Translations under genes and position numbers: made by a program
IMG/VR virus record: IMGVR_UViG_3300016667_000229
Location: 1 to 32,635 of that record
Strand: one strand, 5' to 3'
Length of the DNA stretch: 32,635 bases
Source of the DNA: a virus
Taxonomy: Duplodnaviria; Caudoviricetes
Part shown: positions 1 to 8,514 of the stretch, in pieces
Position numbering within the stretch: the first letter of the stretch is position 1
How the letters are laid out: each line of letters starts with the position of its first letter
The notes under the pieces: model-generated
Seen by the model: only the letters and a program-made list of their open reading frames with translations
Told to the model about the DNA's origin: nothing
The model's database searches: none

Positions 1-2833
1 CTGGACCAAACTGTGCGAAGAACGACGGTGCGTTCTTCCACGAGAACACCAGTGGCTGACGCAACGCGATTGATTCGGTGCTAGCCGTGGAGTGCATCAC
101 GCCAGATGAGCCAACGGATGTCCTGTCTGCAGAGGTTAGGCGTGCAATCCTGCTATCGGCCTTGATTGGAACAAACTTCTTCTTATTGCTGTCGTATTCG
201 TAGCGGCTCTCAAGGTGTTCCTTGAATCCCTTTAGGACAGCCGCTCTGTCTTCGGTTGACGCATCGTCAAGAAGCCTGATAAACCGCGGTCCATCATATG
301 CAACGGACTTTAGGTAGTCCTTGAATTTATCGGAAACATCCTGCATTACCAGGTTTCCAAAGACTTTATTGCCTAGGTCAGACGCAAGTGAAAGATCCTC
401 GAATTGAGCCAGCAGCCCTGGCATTTCCTTTCGGACATATTTTGCCAAGGGAATAGCTGATTGCTCCAATCTAACTTGTGTCTGCATGGTGATGTTTTCA
501 AACTGCTTGTCATCGGCACCAGTTGCAACAAGAGATGCTACACTGTCCAGGATAGCCATACGCTTACTATCCAGAACTGGTGTCTCGGTAGAGGCCCTGA
601 ATGGATCCCCCTCCGTTGGATGATATTGGGCAATCTGTTCCGCAATCACATGCAGTTCGGACTTACGTTCCTCCGACAGATTCGCATCGTTACTTGCGAC
701 CGCGTGGATCTTTGTTGCAAGCGTGTGCCTCCACTTCTGACTGCCAAGGGACATCGCTGAGAACGTCACTACCTGGTCGTTGGTCGGATCCCTTAGAAGA
801 TTGGTGAACGCATCCACGGTCTTCTCTGGAATATCGATTGGGAATTCCTTTCCTTCCTGCTGGTGTCTATCACCCCAGGTAAATGGAGTTCCGTCAGTCC
901 CAACGGCAAATCTCTTTACAAACTTAGAGACGCTTTGCGCCAATGTTTCGGTACGATTCTCGGTTGCTGTTCTCTTGTAATCCGCAACCGCAGATTCCAG
1001 GAACATCGGACCATAGGAACTTGACATCAGCAGGTCATATGGAATGTTTGCATCTGCCGTTGGGTTGGCCTTTAGGAAGTCAAACATCTGATACCCAACG
1101 GAAAGACTGTCAGGAGCGACGGATATCTTGAATCCAGTATCTGCAAAAGCCGCCTCAACGGCATATCCTGCACTTGACATCTCGGTGGCTGTGACTGCCG
1201 TTACGCCCTTTCGAGCACTGTTCAGCAGCTGCCTGCCTTCCTGTTCCTTTGTCGGACCACCGCTGCCGCGACCACCAGATTTCTTGTCTGTTGGATCGGC
1301 TGCGTAGATTTGCTGCAGCTTTTCATTCACCTTGGTGAGCTGATCCGCTACCTTATACGCTTCGCGGGTCATCAACGGAACGGCATCTGGAGCAACAGCC
1401 GCTACCAGAGCCATTACAGTATCAACATCCTTTTGATCTGAGAAATCAAACTTAGAAATATCTATCTTATACTTTTTAAGGGTAGCACCCCATCGAGTAT
1501 TGATATTCTCCATAAGTCTACGTCGATGCTGGGCTGCAATTTCATTTGCCTTTGCCCGTGCATCGTCAAATCCGATGCTACCATTCTTGAGTTGAGTCTC
1601 AAGGTCAACAATACTGGAAACGGCTAGGCTTGTGCTTCCCTCGAAGGATTCATTTCTTGCTTTTTCAGTGTTCCTCTGCATGGCAGACAAGGTTTCTGAT
1701 GAAACCCTTACCTGATCGTTCTTCTCGGTTGCCAGGAACACGACGGTCTTCTTCATCTTTTCGATGAATGGATCATCTGCTCCCAGTTTCTGAAGATCTT
1801 CCATTCCTTCTGGAGTAAGCCATCTGGCCATTCCAGCATCGGACATCCTGTCGTTGAATACTTCGTCGGTAATCAGCTTTGCGTCATGAAGACCCCTATA
1901 CACTTCCGCAATAGCAGCCGTGGATGCGGTCTTTAGCCTGACGATGTTGGTTGCAGCCTCCGCTACAACTGCATTGGGAACCTCAAGACCATTCTTGGTC
2001 ATGTCAATGGCCTGCTGGTTCTGCTTTTCAGCGATCTCAAGATATGTATTTGCCGCATTCAGCTGTACCTGACCACGATCCCAGATAGCTTTTGGATTGA
2101 ATCCCTTTTCACTGGAAAGAGCCTTCTGAAGCTGGGCCTGAGACTTGGCATACTCGCTTTGGACAAGTGCCTTTCGTTGAAATTCGCTTGGAGACCTAAC
2201 GGTATCGTCCTCTGCAAACACATCGTCAGATCCCTTTAGTTCGGTCTTGTTGATTGTACGAAGCGTATCTTGATACTTGGTGGTTATATCCTGCTGTTCC
2301 TGAACCGTCTTTGCATTTGCAAAGTCGTAGTCGTACTTGCTGGCAATTGTCCGCAGTGCGGCAATGCTCTTGTCTTCCTGAACACCAGTAACAAGGAATT
2401 CCCTGTCAACCTCGAACTTTCCAAGGGCAGCGCGGGTTCCAGACCACATCTTCTGCCACACCAGTCCAGCTGGGGCTTCCTTGGACTTGGGATCAATCCC
2501 CATTACCGACGCAACATTACTCTGATAGCTCTCGAGTTCCCTGGTATAGCCGTCAATGTCGTTCATCTTCGAGAGGTGAGCAAGCTTTGATTGGGTTACC
2601 GAGGTAAGCTGGTCGATTGCACTTTGCTTTTCAGACGCAAACTGCTCGTGCTTCATCATGACATATTGAGTGCCAAGTTCCGCAGCAGCCTTGCCAATCG
2701 CTCCTAGATCGATTCCCTGGCCTACCGCTACCTTTGGCTCGGGCATGATTGTCCGAGCTTCCTGATACAGCATGGGGTTGGTAGGCTGTGCGACTACCTT
2801 TGGCCCCTCAAGTTGAATCAATTCATTAGCCAT
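1..2833 (-). CDS. Large internal virion (DNA ejection/core) protein, T7 gp15/gp16-like position; truncated by the window edge (>940 aa)
   Basis: Not in the ORF track because it has no stop in the window. ATG at 2833 preceded by GGAGGAG, starts MANELIQLEGPKVVAQPTNPMLYQEARTIMPEPK. I translated the first third and the last codons by hand and both are open in the same frame. Helical, A/Q/K-rich, and follows a gp14-like gene. Confidence 0.75.
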   Translation of the reverse strand, partial: MANELIQLEGPKVVAQPTNPMLYQEARTIMPEPKVAVGQGIDLGAIGKAAAELGTQYVMMKHEQFASEKQSAIDQLTSVTQSKLAHLSKMNDIDGYTRELESYQSNVASVMGIDPKSKEAPAGLVWQKMWSGTRAALGKFEVDREFLVTGVQEDKSIAALRTIASKYDYDFANAKTVQEQQDITTKYQDTLRTINKTELKGSDDVFAEDDTVRSPSEFQRKALVQSEYAKSQAQLQKALSSEKGFNPKAIWDRGQVQLNAANTYLEIAEKQNQQAIDMTKNGLEVPNAVVAEAATNIVRLKTASTAAIAEVYRGLHDAKLITDEVFNDRMSDAGMARWLTPEGMEDLQKLGADDPFIEKMKKTVVFLATEKNDQVRVSSETLSAMQRNTEKARNESFEGSTSLAVSSIVDLETQLKNGSIGFDDARAKANEIAAQHRRRLMENINTRWGATLKKYKIDISKFDFSDQKDVDTVMALVAAVAPDAVPLMTREAYKVADQLTKVNEKLQQIYAADPTDKKSGGRGSGGPTKEQEGRQLLNSARKGVTAVTATEMSSAGYAVEAAFADTGFKISVAPDSLSVGYQMFDFLKANPTADANIPYDLLMSSSYGPMFLESAVADYKRTATENRTETLAQSVSKFVKRFAVGTDGTPFTWGDRHQQEGKEFPIDIPEKTVDAFTNLLRDPTNDQVVTFSAMSLGSQKWRHTLATKIHAVASNDANLSEERKSELHVIAEQIAQYHPTEGDPFRASTETPVLDSKRMAILDSVASLVATGADDKQFENITMQTQVRLEQSAIPLAKYVRKEMPGLLAQFEDLSLASDLGNKVFGNLVMQDVSDKFKDYLKSVAYDGPRFIRLLDDASTEDRAAVLKGFKEHLESRYEYDSNKKKFVPIKADSRIARLTSADRTSVGSSGVMHSTASTESIALRQPLVFSWKNAPSFFAQFGP

Positions 2834-3803
2834 TCACTCCTCCGTATTTGGCATAGATCTCCATGCCATTCATTAGTTCGTCTTCTTCGGACATGTGTGG
2901 ATTCCTTGCGGAGAGTCCCTCCATGCCAGCACTGAGCCCATCTCCGTTGATCATTCCAAGTAGGGAACCCCAGTCATCGATTGGCACGTTGCCGCTCTTC
3001 AGCATCTGGATTGCCGCGCCACCAGCCGCCCTGTTGTCCATGCTTCCAGTTTCCTTGCTGTTTGACAAGGCTGTCTGGATGGCTGGAATTACAAGCTTGT
3101 TGGCGATTCCAGACACCATGTCTGCTTCAGGTGAATCACCCGACAGCATGTTCTGGATTTCAGGTCTATCCAACATGGAATAGACTGGTTGGATCTGGCC
3201 TTGTTCATTCAGAAGACATACTCTTCCGTTGATGATCTGGGCTTCATCCAGCTTGTTCATCATCTCTAGTGCAATGAATTCCTGGGCATGTATCTCGGCT
3301 GGAACATCGATGTCCAGTTCTCCAAGATTCATGCTTTTCAGCTTCTTGTCCAACGCCATGGTATACATGGCTTGAGCCTTGGCTGAGTTCTGTGCCGACA
3401 CCTTGCTTGATGTAATGGCCATCTCTGGAGCAAGTTCGCCTTGCATCCATGAAGGAGCCGACTGCATCGCGTTACGTAGATCGACTTCTCGAGACACTGG
3501 TTCACTGGAGATTCCAGACCTGATGTTGCTTCTGATGGCTTCGCGTGCCTGGGATGGATCCCCAGGATAGTTCTGTTCCGCATGGTTCCAGATGTCATCC
3601 GCTGTCTCGGATGTCGCAATCTTCTTGGCTTCAGTAGCCCAGTTGGACCATGCCGTAATTGGATCAGTATACGCTGCCTTGTACAAGTCAAGTCTTCCCT
3701 TGATCTTGGTTGTATCTGGTTTCTTTTTTTCAATTGGCTTGTTTGTCACTGGTTTTCCTGAAGCAAGTGCAAACAGCTTTGTAAGTTTATCTTGTGAAAG
3801 CAT
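2826..3803 (-). CDS. Hypothetical 325-aa helical protein, probable internal virion protein
   Basis: Long ORF with SD (AGGA) lying between the gp14-like gene and the large internal virion gene; 8-nt overlap with the downstream gene. Function inferred from position only. Confidence 0.6.
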   Translation of the reverse strand: MLSQDKLTKLFALASGKPVTNKPIEKKKPDTTKIKGRLDLYKAAYTDPITAWSNWATEAKKIATSETADDIWNHAEQNYPGDPSQAREAIRSNIRSGISSEPVSREVDLRNAMQSAPSWMQGELAPEMAITSSKVSAQNSAKAQAMYTMALDKKLKSMNLGELDIDVPAEIHAQEFIALEMMNKLDEAQIINGRVCLLNEQGQIQPVYSMLDRPEIQNMLSGDSPEADMVSGIANKLVIPAIQTALSNSKETGSMDNRAAGGAAIQMLKSGNVPIDDWGSLLGMINGDGLSAGMEGLSARNPHMSEEDELMNGMEIYAKYGGVNG

Positions 3804-3814
3804 GTATTCCTACT

Positions 3815-4459
3815 TTAGAACAGTTTATTCTTATCGCCAAATTGACGGTACGCACTCACTCCAGCCGATACACCACCTAGCGCCGCTGTTGCAAGTCCAG
3901 TCATGAGCATTGCACTTGAGTTATCAACCACAACTGCCTTGCCTTGCAACAGTGTCTGCTGGTCTGGCTTGTTCAGGTTGCGCTGTGCAAGCATGTTGTC
4001 GTACTGTTGCTTGAGATCCACCTGCTGGTTTTCCCAATTTGTCCGTAGGATCTGGGAATTCTGGTGTTCATTCTCAGCTGCTTGCCTTAGGACCGCACGC
4101 GCAGATGCCGAATCAACCGACATTCCGCGTGAGGATACGGCACCCAGGAATTGAGCCGTGGTTGCCCTTGTGTTCTTGGACATGGTGGATGCCTGATTGG
4201 CAAACACTTTGCGTGAATACAGGGATCCTTGGGCCAGCATCCTGTTGGCACTGGCTTCAATCTGCTTGTTAGCCTCCATCTGCGCCTGCCACTGACGGAG
4301 GATATTTCTATTCTGGGCATCGTTCTGCCACTTGTTCTGAAAGTTCTGTTGACGCTGCTGCATCTCAGCTGCCATGGCCTGCGCCTTAGCCTGACCAGAG
4401 CCGCTGATTGCGGACATGATGCCGCTTGCTGCAGCCAGTCCACCAATTACTAGGGGCAT
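3815..4459 (-). CDS. Internal virion protein B-like (T7 gp14-like)
   Basis: G/A/S-rich hydrophobic N-terminus (MPLVIGGLAAASGIMSAISGSGQAKAQA), Q/N-rich coiled coil, RGMSVDSAS motif, G/A-rich hydrophobic C-terminus, ~200 aa; SD AGGAGG. Confidence 0.7.
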   Translation of the reverse strand: MPLVIGGLAAASGIMSAISGSGQAKAQAMAAEMQQRQQNFQNKWQNDAQNRNILRQWQAQMEANKQIEASANRMLAQGSLYSRKVFANQASTMSKNTRATTAQFLGAVSSRGMSVDSASARAVLRQAAENEHQNSQILRTNWENQQVDLKQQYDNMLAQRNLNKPDQQTLLQGKAVVVDNSSAMLMTGLATAALGGVSAGVSAYRQFGDKNKLF

Positions 4460-4460
4460 G

Positions 4461-6125
4461 TTACCTCCTGTAGAAATTATTGATTACGGATTGTCGCTTT
4501 CGGTCGGTCTTTCCACCTTGACCGTAATAGCGATCTCCCATGAGAAGCTGGATACGGTTATTGCCCATCCAGTCCTTGACCATGTTCTTGTGATCCTTCT
4601 CCTGATTGCGCTGGACAAGACGGTCCTGATCGATGACCATCTCCTGCGACCAATGCCTGACGGCACTGGCTAGGATATCGATTCGGTCATCGTGCTTCAG
4701 GGCACCGCGTTTGTCCTGCATCCTTGTGAGCTGCATCTGGTTCTCCTTGTTGGAGATCACCTTTGCATCCATCACAAGCCGATGCTGCGCCATCACGGGT
4801 TCAAGGACATCCAGGATGCGCCGTTCCTTTGAACCGCTTACCCTGAACTCCTCGATTGATGTCTTGTTCTTGCATACGGTCAGCGATACTGGCCGCAATA
4901 GCGAGGCAAACATGCCATCGCCGTAGTTTGATTCGACGTATATGCGCCGTGCTCCGTGAAGATCCGCAAGTCTGCAGATCCTGGACAGGGTGGTCTGATC
5001 ATAACCACCCTCGAATCCAGTCAGTTCCTTGCAAACAAGATAGCCATTCACAAACGACATGACGCATACCGCTGTCTCGTCGGCACCTCTGCCAGACGGG
5101 TCAACGAACATGATGGTCTCGGTATACTCCACCATTGTTGGTGAAGTCCACATGGGACCATAGCAGAAATCGTTGTTCAACCCGAATGATGGAAGCTTCA
5201 GAGGAGTTCCCCTGGCCCATGTCACCTTCTCGGGGAATACATCGGATGGCACATCCATCACGATCAGATCCTCGAGTCGCAGCGGAAACTTCGCTGCATC
5301 TGACATGGTAGGGTCAAGCAGATAGTGCAGGGCAAAGTGACGTGGACCGATCTTTGCCAACCGTTCCTCAAGCACATGCTGGGGGAATCGTTGCGGATCA
5401 ACCGTGTGTCCTGGATCTACATCCAACGACATGATGTACTCATCCACGTTCTCAACCTGCGACTCGATCATTGGATCTGGCATGACGGCGGGAAACTTGA
5501 TGATTGGATATGGCAGTCGTAGATAGATTGAATCAGTGCTTTGGTATGTACCAAGGAACAGGATTCGTCCGTGTGGAACTGGGTTGCGAATCTGCTCCAG
5601 TTCAGCCAACCGCTCAATCAGTCTTGATCTGGCAGTGGGGTTGTCGCTGTTCTTCTCGATCTCCACGTCATCCAGCAGAACATAGTCCGCGTGGCTACCC
5701 GTGATCTGACCAGTGACACCCTTGGCATAGCAGGATAGATCCTGTCCGATCTTACCGCGATTACCAACATTGAAGCCCCAAGCCGAATCCTTATCAAATT
5801 CCTTGGGCAACAGTTCTGCCATGTATGGTACTACGGTGAGGATCTGACGGACCTGGGAGATGAACTTGATTGCCCTGTCCGCTCCTGCCGAGATGACCAG
5901 TACCGTGGTATCTGGATCCCGTAGAAGCAGCCACGAAGCGTAGCAAGCCATGATGGTGGATTTACCAGCTCCGCGTCCAGCCTGAAGCTGAAAGTCTCTG
6001 GGTCCATTCTGAATCTTATCTGCAATGGCATACTGGAGTGGGCTTGGTTCGCCCAGTCCAAGATACTTGAAGCAGAAGAAGATGTGGTTTCTGAAGTCTT
6101 CAAGGACTTCCTGTGGTGCGTTCAT
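4461..6125 (-). CDS. terL: Terminase large subunit (T7 gp19-like)
   Basis: Walker A LQAGRGAGKS, GQITGSHADYVLLDDVE (Walker B), nuclease motifs FVDPSGRGADET, ESNYGDGMF and HDDRID, all characteristic of T7-like TerL. Confidence 0.96.
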   Translation of the reverse strand: MNAPQEVLEDFRNHIFFCFKYLGLGEPSPLQYAIADKIQNGPRDFQLQAGRGAGKSTIMACYASWLLLRDPDTTVLVISAGADRAIKFISQVRQILTVVPYMAELLPKEFDKDSAWGFNVGNRGKIGQDLSCYAKGVTGQITGSHADYVLLDDVEIEKNSDNPTARSRLIERLAELEQIRNPVPHGRILFLGTYQSTDSIYLRLPYPIIKFPAVMPDPMIESQVENVDEYIMSLDVDPGHTVDPQRFPQHVLEERLAKIGPRHFALHYLLDPTMSDAAKFPLRLEDLIVMDVPSDVFPEKVTWARGTPLKLPSFGLNNDFCYGPMWTSPTMVEYTETIMFVDPSGRGADETAVCVMSFVNGYLVCKELTGFEGGYDQTTLSRICRLADLHGARRIYVESNYGDGMFASLLRPVSLTVCKNKTSIEEFRVSGSKERRILDVLEPVMAQHRLVMDAKVISNKENQMQLTRMQDKRGALKHDDRIDILASAVRHWSQEMVIDQDRLVQRNQEKDHKNMVKDWMGNNRIQLLMGDRYYGQGGKTDRKRQSVINNFYRR

Positions 6126-6135
6126 TTATTTCCTT

Positions 6136-6198
6136 TCAGCAAATGGCAGTGCGTCGCATGCCAGTGCAAATTCTAAGTCTTGACCAAAGAAACAGCAT
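6136..6198 (-). CDS. Possible 20-aa leader peptide MLFLWSRLRICTGMRRTAIC
   Basis: Strong SD AAGGAGG 5 nt before ATG 6198; TGA stop abuts the terL SD (TGAAAGGAAATAAATG). Confidence 0.4.
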   Translation of the reverse strand: MLFLWSRLRICTGMRRTAIC

Positions 6199-6212
6199 GT
6201 GTTCCTCCTTTG

Positions 6213-6247
6213 AAAAAATCCCCCACAGGCCCATCGACCTGTGGGGG
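6213..6247 (-). terminator. Intrinsic terminator between terS and terL
   Basis: Minus strand CCCCCACAGG-tcgatggg-CCTGTGGGGG-ATTTTTT: perfect 10-bp GC-rich stem followed by a U-tract. Confidence 0.85.
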
Positions 6248-6380
6248 CGTAGCGAAATTCCATCGATGAATTGCCCGATGGTAGGCAGCCGTAATGTCCC
6301 ATGAAATTTCTTCCATGGGCGGCAGCGTATATCCCCCATGCCAATCAAGGCATGTCTATGCGGGGATAGTTCCGTGATTA
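6248..6380 (-). ncRNA. Candidate structured RNA (copy A), three hairpins upstream of the terminator
   Basis: Hairpins at 6330-6368 (TATCCCC/bulge/CATGCC-TTGATT-GGCATG/GGGGATA), 6288-6323 (GCCG-CCCATGGAA-GAAA-TTTCATGGG-bulge-CGGC) and 6260-6281 (CCATCG-loop-CGATGG); almost the whole intergenic region is paired. Confidence 0.6.
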
Positions 6381-6578
6381 TGCCTTCTTTAGTTTGAAGG
6401 GAACGATGGCCTCGAGTGTCTCGGCCTTGACTGGAATGGCGTTTGCCTCTGCAGCCTTGTTGTCGTTCACAACCCGTGCAACGACCTGATACAGACCAGG
6501 GCCGCGCTTCTCGGGATCCATGAGATCCTCGATGAGGCAGTCGATCAGCAGGTCATTGAGATCGTTGATTCGTGCCAT
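6378..6578 (-). CDS. terS: Terminase small subunit (T7 gp18-like)
   Basis: DLMDPEKRGPGLYQVV resembles the T7 gp18 core (DLSDHERRSPQLYNAI, from memory); small size; directly upstream of terL. Confidence 0.85.
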   Translation of the reverse strand: MARINDLNDLLIDCLIEDLMDPEKRGPGLYQVVARVVNDNKAAEANAIPVKAETLEAIVPFKLKKA

Positions 6579-6581
6579 TGA

Positions 6582-6710
6582 TCACTTCTTGTTGAAAAGA
6601 CCAAGTAGCTTGTTGAAAGGGATGACGTGACCAGCGATGTAGCCAGCAACGCCACAGATGACGCAGAACCATACGGTTCCAAGGAAAGATGAGAGATCTG
6701 CAAGAATCAT
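6582..6710 (-). CDS. 42-aa single-pass membrane protein, holin-like candidate
   Basis: Below the ORF-track cutoff. MILADLSSFLGTVWFCVICGVAGYIAGHVIPFNKLLGLFNKK fills the gap between neighbouring genes; hydrophobic core with basic C-terminus; position of the T7 holin (just before terS). Confidence 0.7.
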   Translation of the reverse strand: MILADLSSFLGTVWFCVICGVAGYIAGHVIPFNKLLGLFNKK

Positions 6711-6724
6711 TGTATTTCTTTCTG

Positions 6725-8263
6725 TTAGGTGTCTGGATCAGAGCTTGGCCATTCGCCAAGATACTGCATGATCCGCTTGTGAATTTCCCGATGCACCTTG
6801 TAGGAGAACGGGTAGGTTACCGATTGATAGACATATCCTCGGTCAATGTAATCGATCCACCACTCGGCGCAATCATCCATCATTGACTGGACATCTGCAT
6901 CCGTGTATCTGGCATCGTAGGCGGTAAGAGCCTCATTTGATTCATCCATATATGGACACGGAAGAACAGAAGCAAGCAGATGTACTTCGGTCGTATTTGG
7001 ATCAAACTTCCACTTGCGATTTGGATCGGCTCCATTGAAAGCGGTTCCCGATCCTCCCTGCCATGTTCCATTTCGGAACTGGGCAAGACCTTCATACATC
7101 TGGATGTACTTGGTGTAATGCTGCCAGCTGCCGCGATATGCGGAGTTGTTGTTATCTCCTTCAACACCAGCAACTCCGAATAGATCCAAATATTCCTCAG
7201 TGCCTACCACTGGATACGATATCTCTGGATTTGTACCACCATGTTTTACATTCCAGTTCCAGGGATGTCCTTCGACAAAATATGAGAATGGCCGATTGGC
7301 ATATCTCTGACCAGAAGAAGATCCAAGATCCATATTGTTATATAGATTCTCAAGATATCTTCTCATGTTTGTCTTCTTCTGATTGTGAGTTGCAGGCATT
7401 TGAGCTAGATTTTGATAGATCCAATCACCCTTTTCGTAATTGAATGCATACAATCCAACATCTGCTCCAATGCCGCAGGCTCCAGCTTCAAACCACATTT
7501 TCCACTGATCCAGATAGGTTGCATGTGCTGCATCGTTTTCTGGATCGGGCATTTCAAATCCATGTCCAGTACTGATATCCTGGAAAGTCTGGTTATAGGC
7601 ATCACTCATGATGGCAACATAATTCACAGCATGGTCTGGTGCTCCATTCAGGGTGGGAATTCCAAACCCCGTGTAGATGTACACTTCAACCTCGCTGCGC
7701 TTGTCGCCCATTGGAGTGACACCATCAAGACCCTTGTCATACCCATAGGCAGCATTTGATCCAAGCCATGTGCGGAGATGAACGTACCATTCGGCTGCTC
7801 GTCCTCCGCTGTAATAGCTCAGGGTATTGTACGGATCGGCTGGATTTGTCGAGTATGTCGGAAGCGTGTCTCCATTGTTCAGCGTAAGCCAGTTTGTGTA
7901 GAACGGATTGGCAAACCGCTGACCATCGTACAGGCGTTCCTGACTCTTGGTACCCATGCAATCCCAGATACCACCATAGGCTGGATATCCTTCGGCGGTT
8001 ACAGCAATACAACCAGGCGGGGTATTGATGACGAATCTCTTGATTCCCCGCTCATAGTGATACTGCATTGTTCGGATGATCTGCTGAACTCCAATGTTTT
8101 CGTAAGTGCCAATACCAGCCAAACGAAGTCCAGTTCCCGTGTCAATTGTCTTGTACAGGGCCTCAGTCGACATGCCCCATCTTGTGTCGGTTCCTCCAAA
8201 AGCAATTGGAAGACCGATGTGAACAGCTGGTCTACGATCAACTGTAAATAGTGGGTTATTCAT
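6725..8263 (-). CDS. Hypothetical 512-aa protein, possible TIM-barrel glycoside hydrolase-like
   Basis: Long aromatic-rich ORF with SD AAGGAGG; alternating strand/helix motifs YERGIKRFVINTPPG, VEVYIYTGF, WFEAGACGIGADVG, YFVEGHP. The CDS is secure; the fold is an inference. Confidence 0.55.
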   Translation of the reverse strand: MNNPLFTVDRRPAVHIGLPIAFGGTDTRWGMSTEALYKTIDTGTGLRLAGIGTYENIGVQQIIRTMQYHYERGIKRFVINTPPGCIAVTAEGYPAYGGIWDCMGTKSQERLYDGQRFANPFYTNWLTLNNGDTLPTYSTNPADPYNTLSYYSGGRAAEWYVHLRTWLGSNAAYGYDKGLDGVTPMGDKRSEVEVYIYTGFGIPTLNGAPDHAVNYVAIMSDAYNQTFQDISTGHGFEMPDPENDAAHATYLDQWKMWFEAGACGIGADVGLYAFNYEKGDWIYQNLAQMPATHNQKKTNMRRYLENLYNNMDLGSSSGQRYANRPFSYFVEGHPWNWNVKHGGTNPEISYPVVGTEEYLDLFGVAGVEGDNNNSAYRGSWQHYTKYIQMYEGLAQFRNGTWQGGSGTAFNGADPNRKWKFDPNTTEVHLLASVLPCPYMDESNEALTAYDARYTDADVQSMMDDCAEWWIDYIDRGYVYQSVTYPFSYKVHREIHKRIMQYLGEWPSSDPDT

Positions 8264-8514
8264 TCACCCTCCTTATGTTTTGCCATCAGCAGGGTGAGTG
8301 TCTGCAGTTGGTTTCTTAGTTCATGTATGTTTCTATCAAGTCGATCAATTCGTTCCTTGATGGCGTCCTTTTCGATTTCAGAAACTTTTTCGTATGAAGC
8401 AATATGCGATTCAAGTCTTGTTTCGATGGCTGAACACCTTTTACCAAGAATCCATGTTGAATATACAGCTGAACCAACCACTGAAATTACCATTGAAATA
8501 GTGTTAAAATCCAT
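8260..8514 (-). CDS. 84-aa membrane-anchored coiled-coil protein (holin/spanin-associated candidate)
   Basis: N-terminal hydrophobic segment (ISMVISVVGSAVYSTWILG) followed by heptad-like coiled coil; overlaps both neighbours (TAATG and ATGA). Confidence 0.7.
   Translation of the reverse strand: MDFNTISMVISVVGSAVYSTWILGKRCSAIETRLESHIASYEKVSEIEKDAIKERIDRLDRNIHELRNQLQTLTLLMAKHKEGE

Noticed and set aside
6126-6348. 70-72 aa ORFs spanning the terS-terL gap
   Set aside because: No SD, starts lie inside hairpin 1, and they cross a strong terminator; only the last 20 codons have a credible start.
6343-6348. TTGATT as a sigma70 -35 box (also 20196-20201)
   Set aside because: No plausible -10 hexamer at 16-18 nt in either copy, and both sit exactly in hairpin loops.
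6248-6380. tRNA, hammerhead or twister ribozyme identity for the structured regions
   Set aside because: No cloverleaf, T-loop GTTCG or CCA end; no CUGANGA core; twister consensus not matched by eye. An Rfam scan is still needed.
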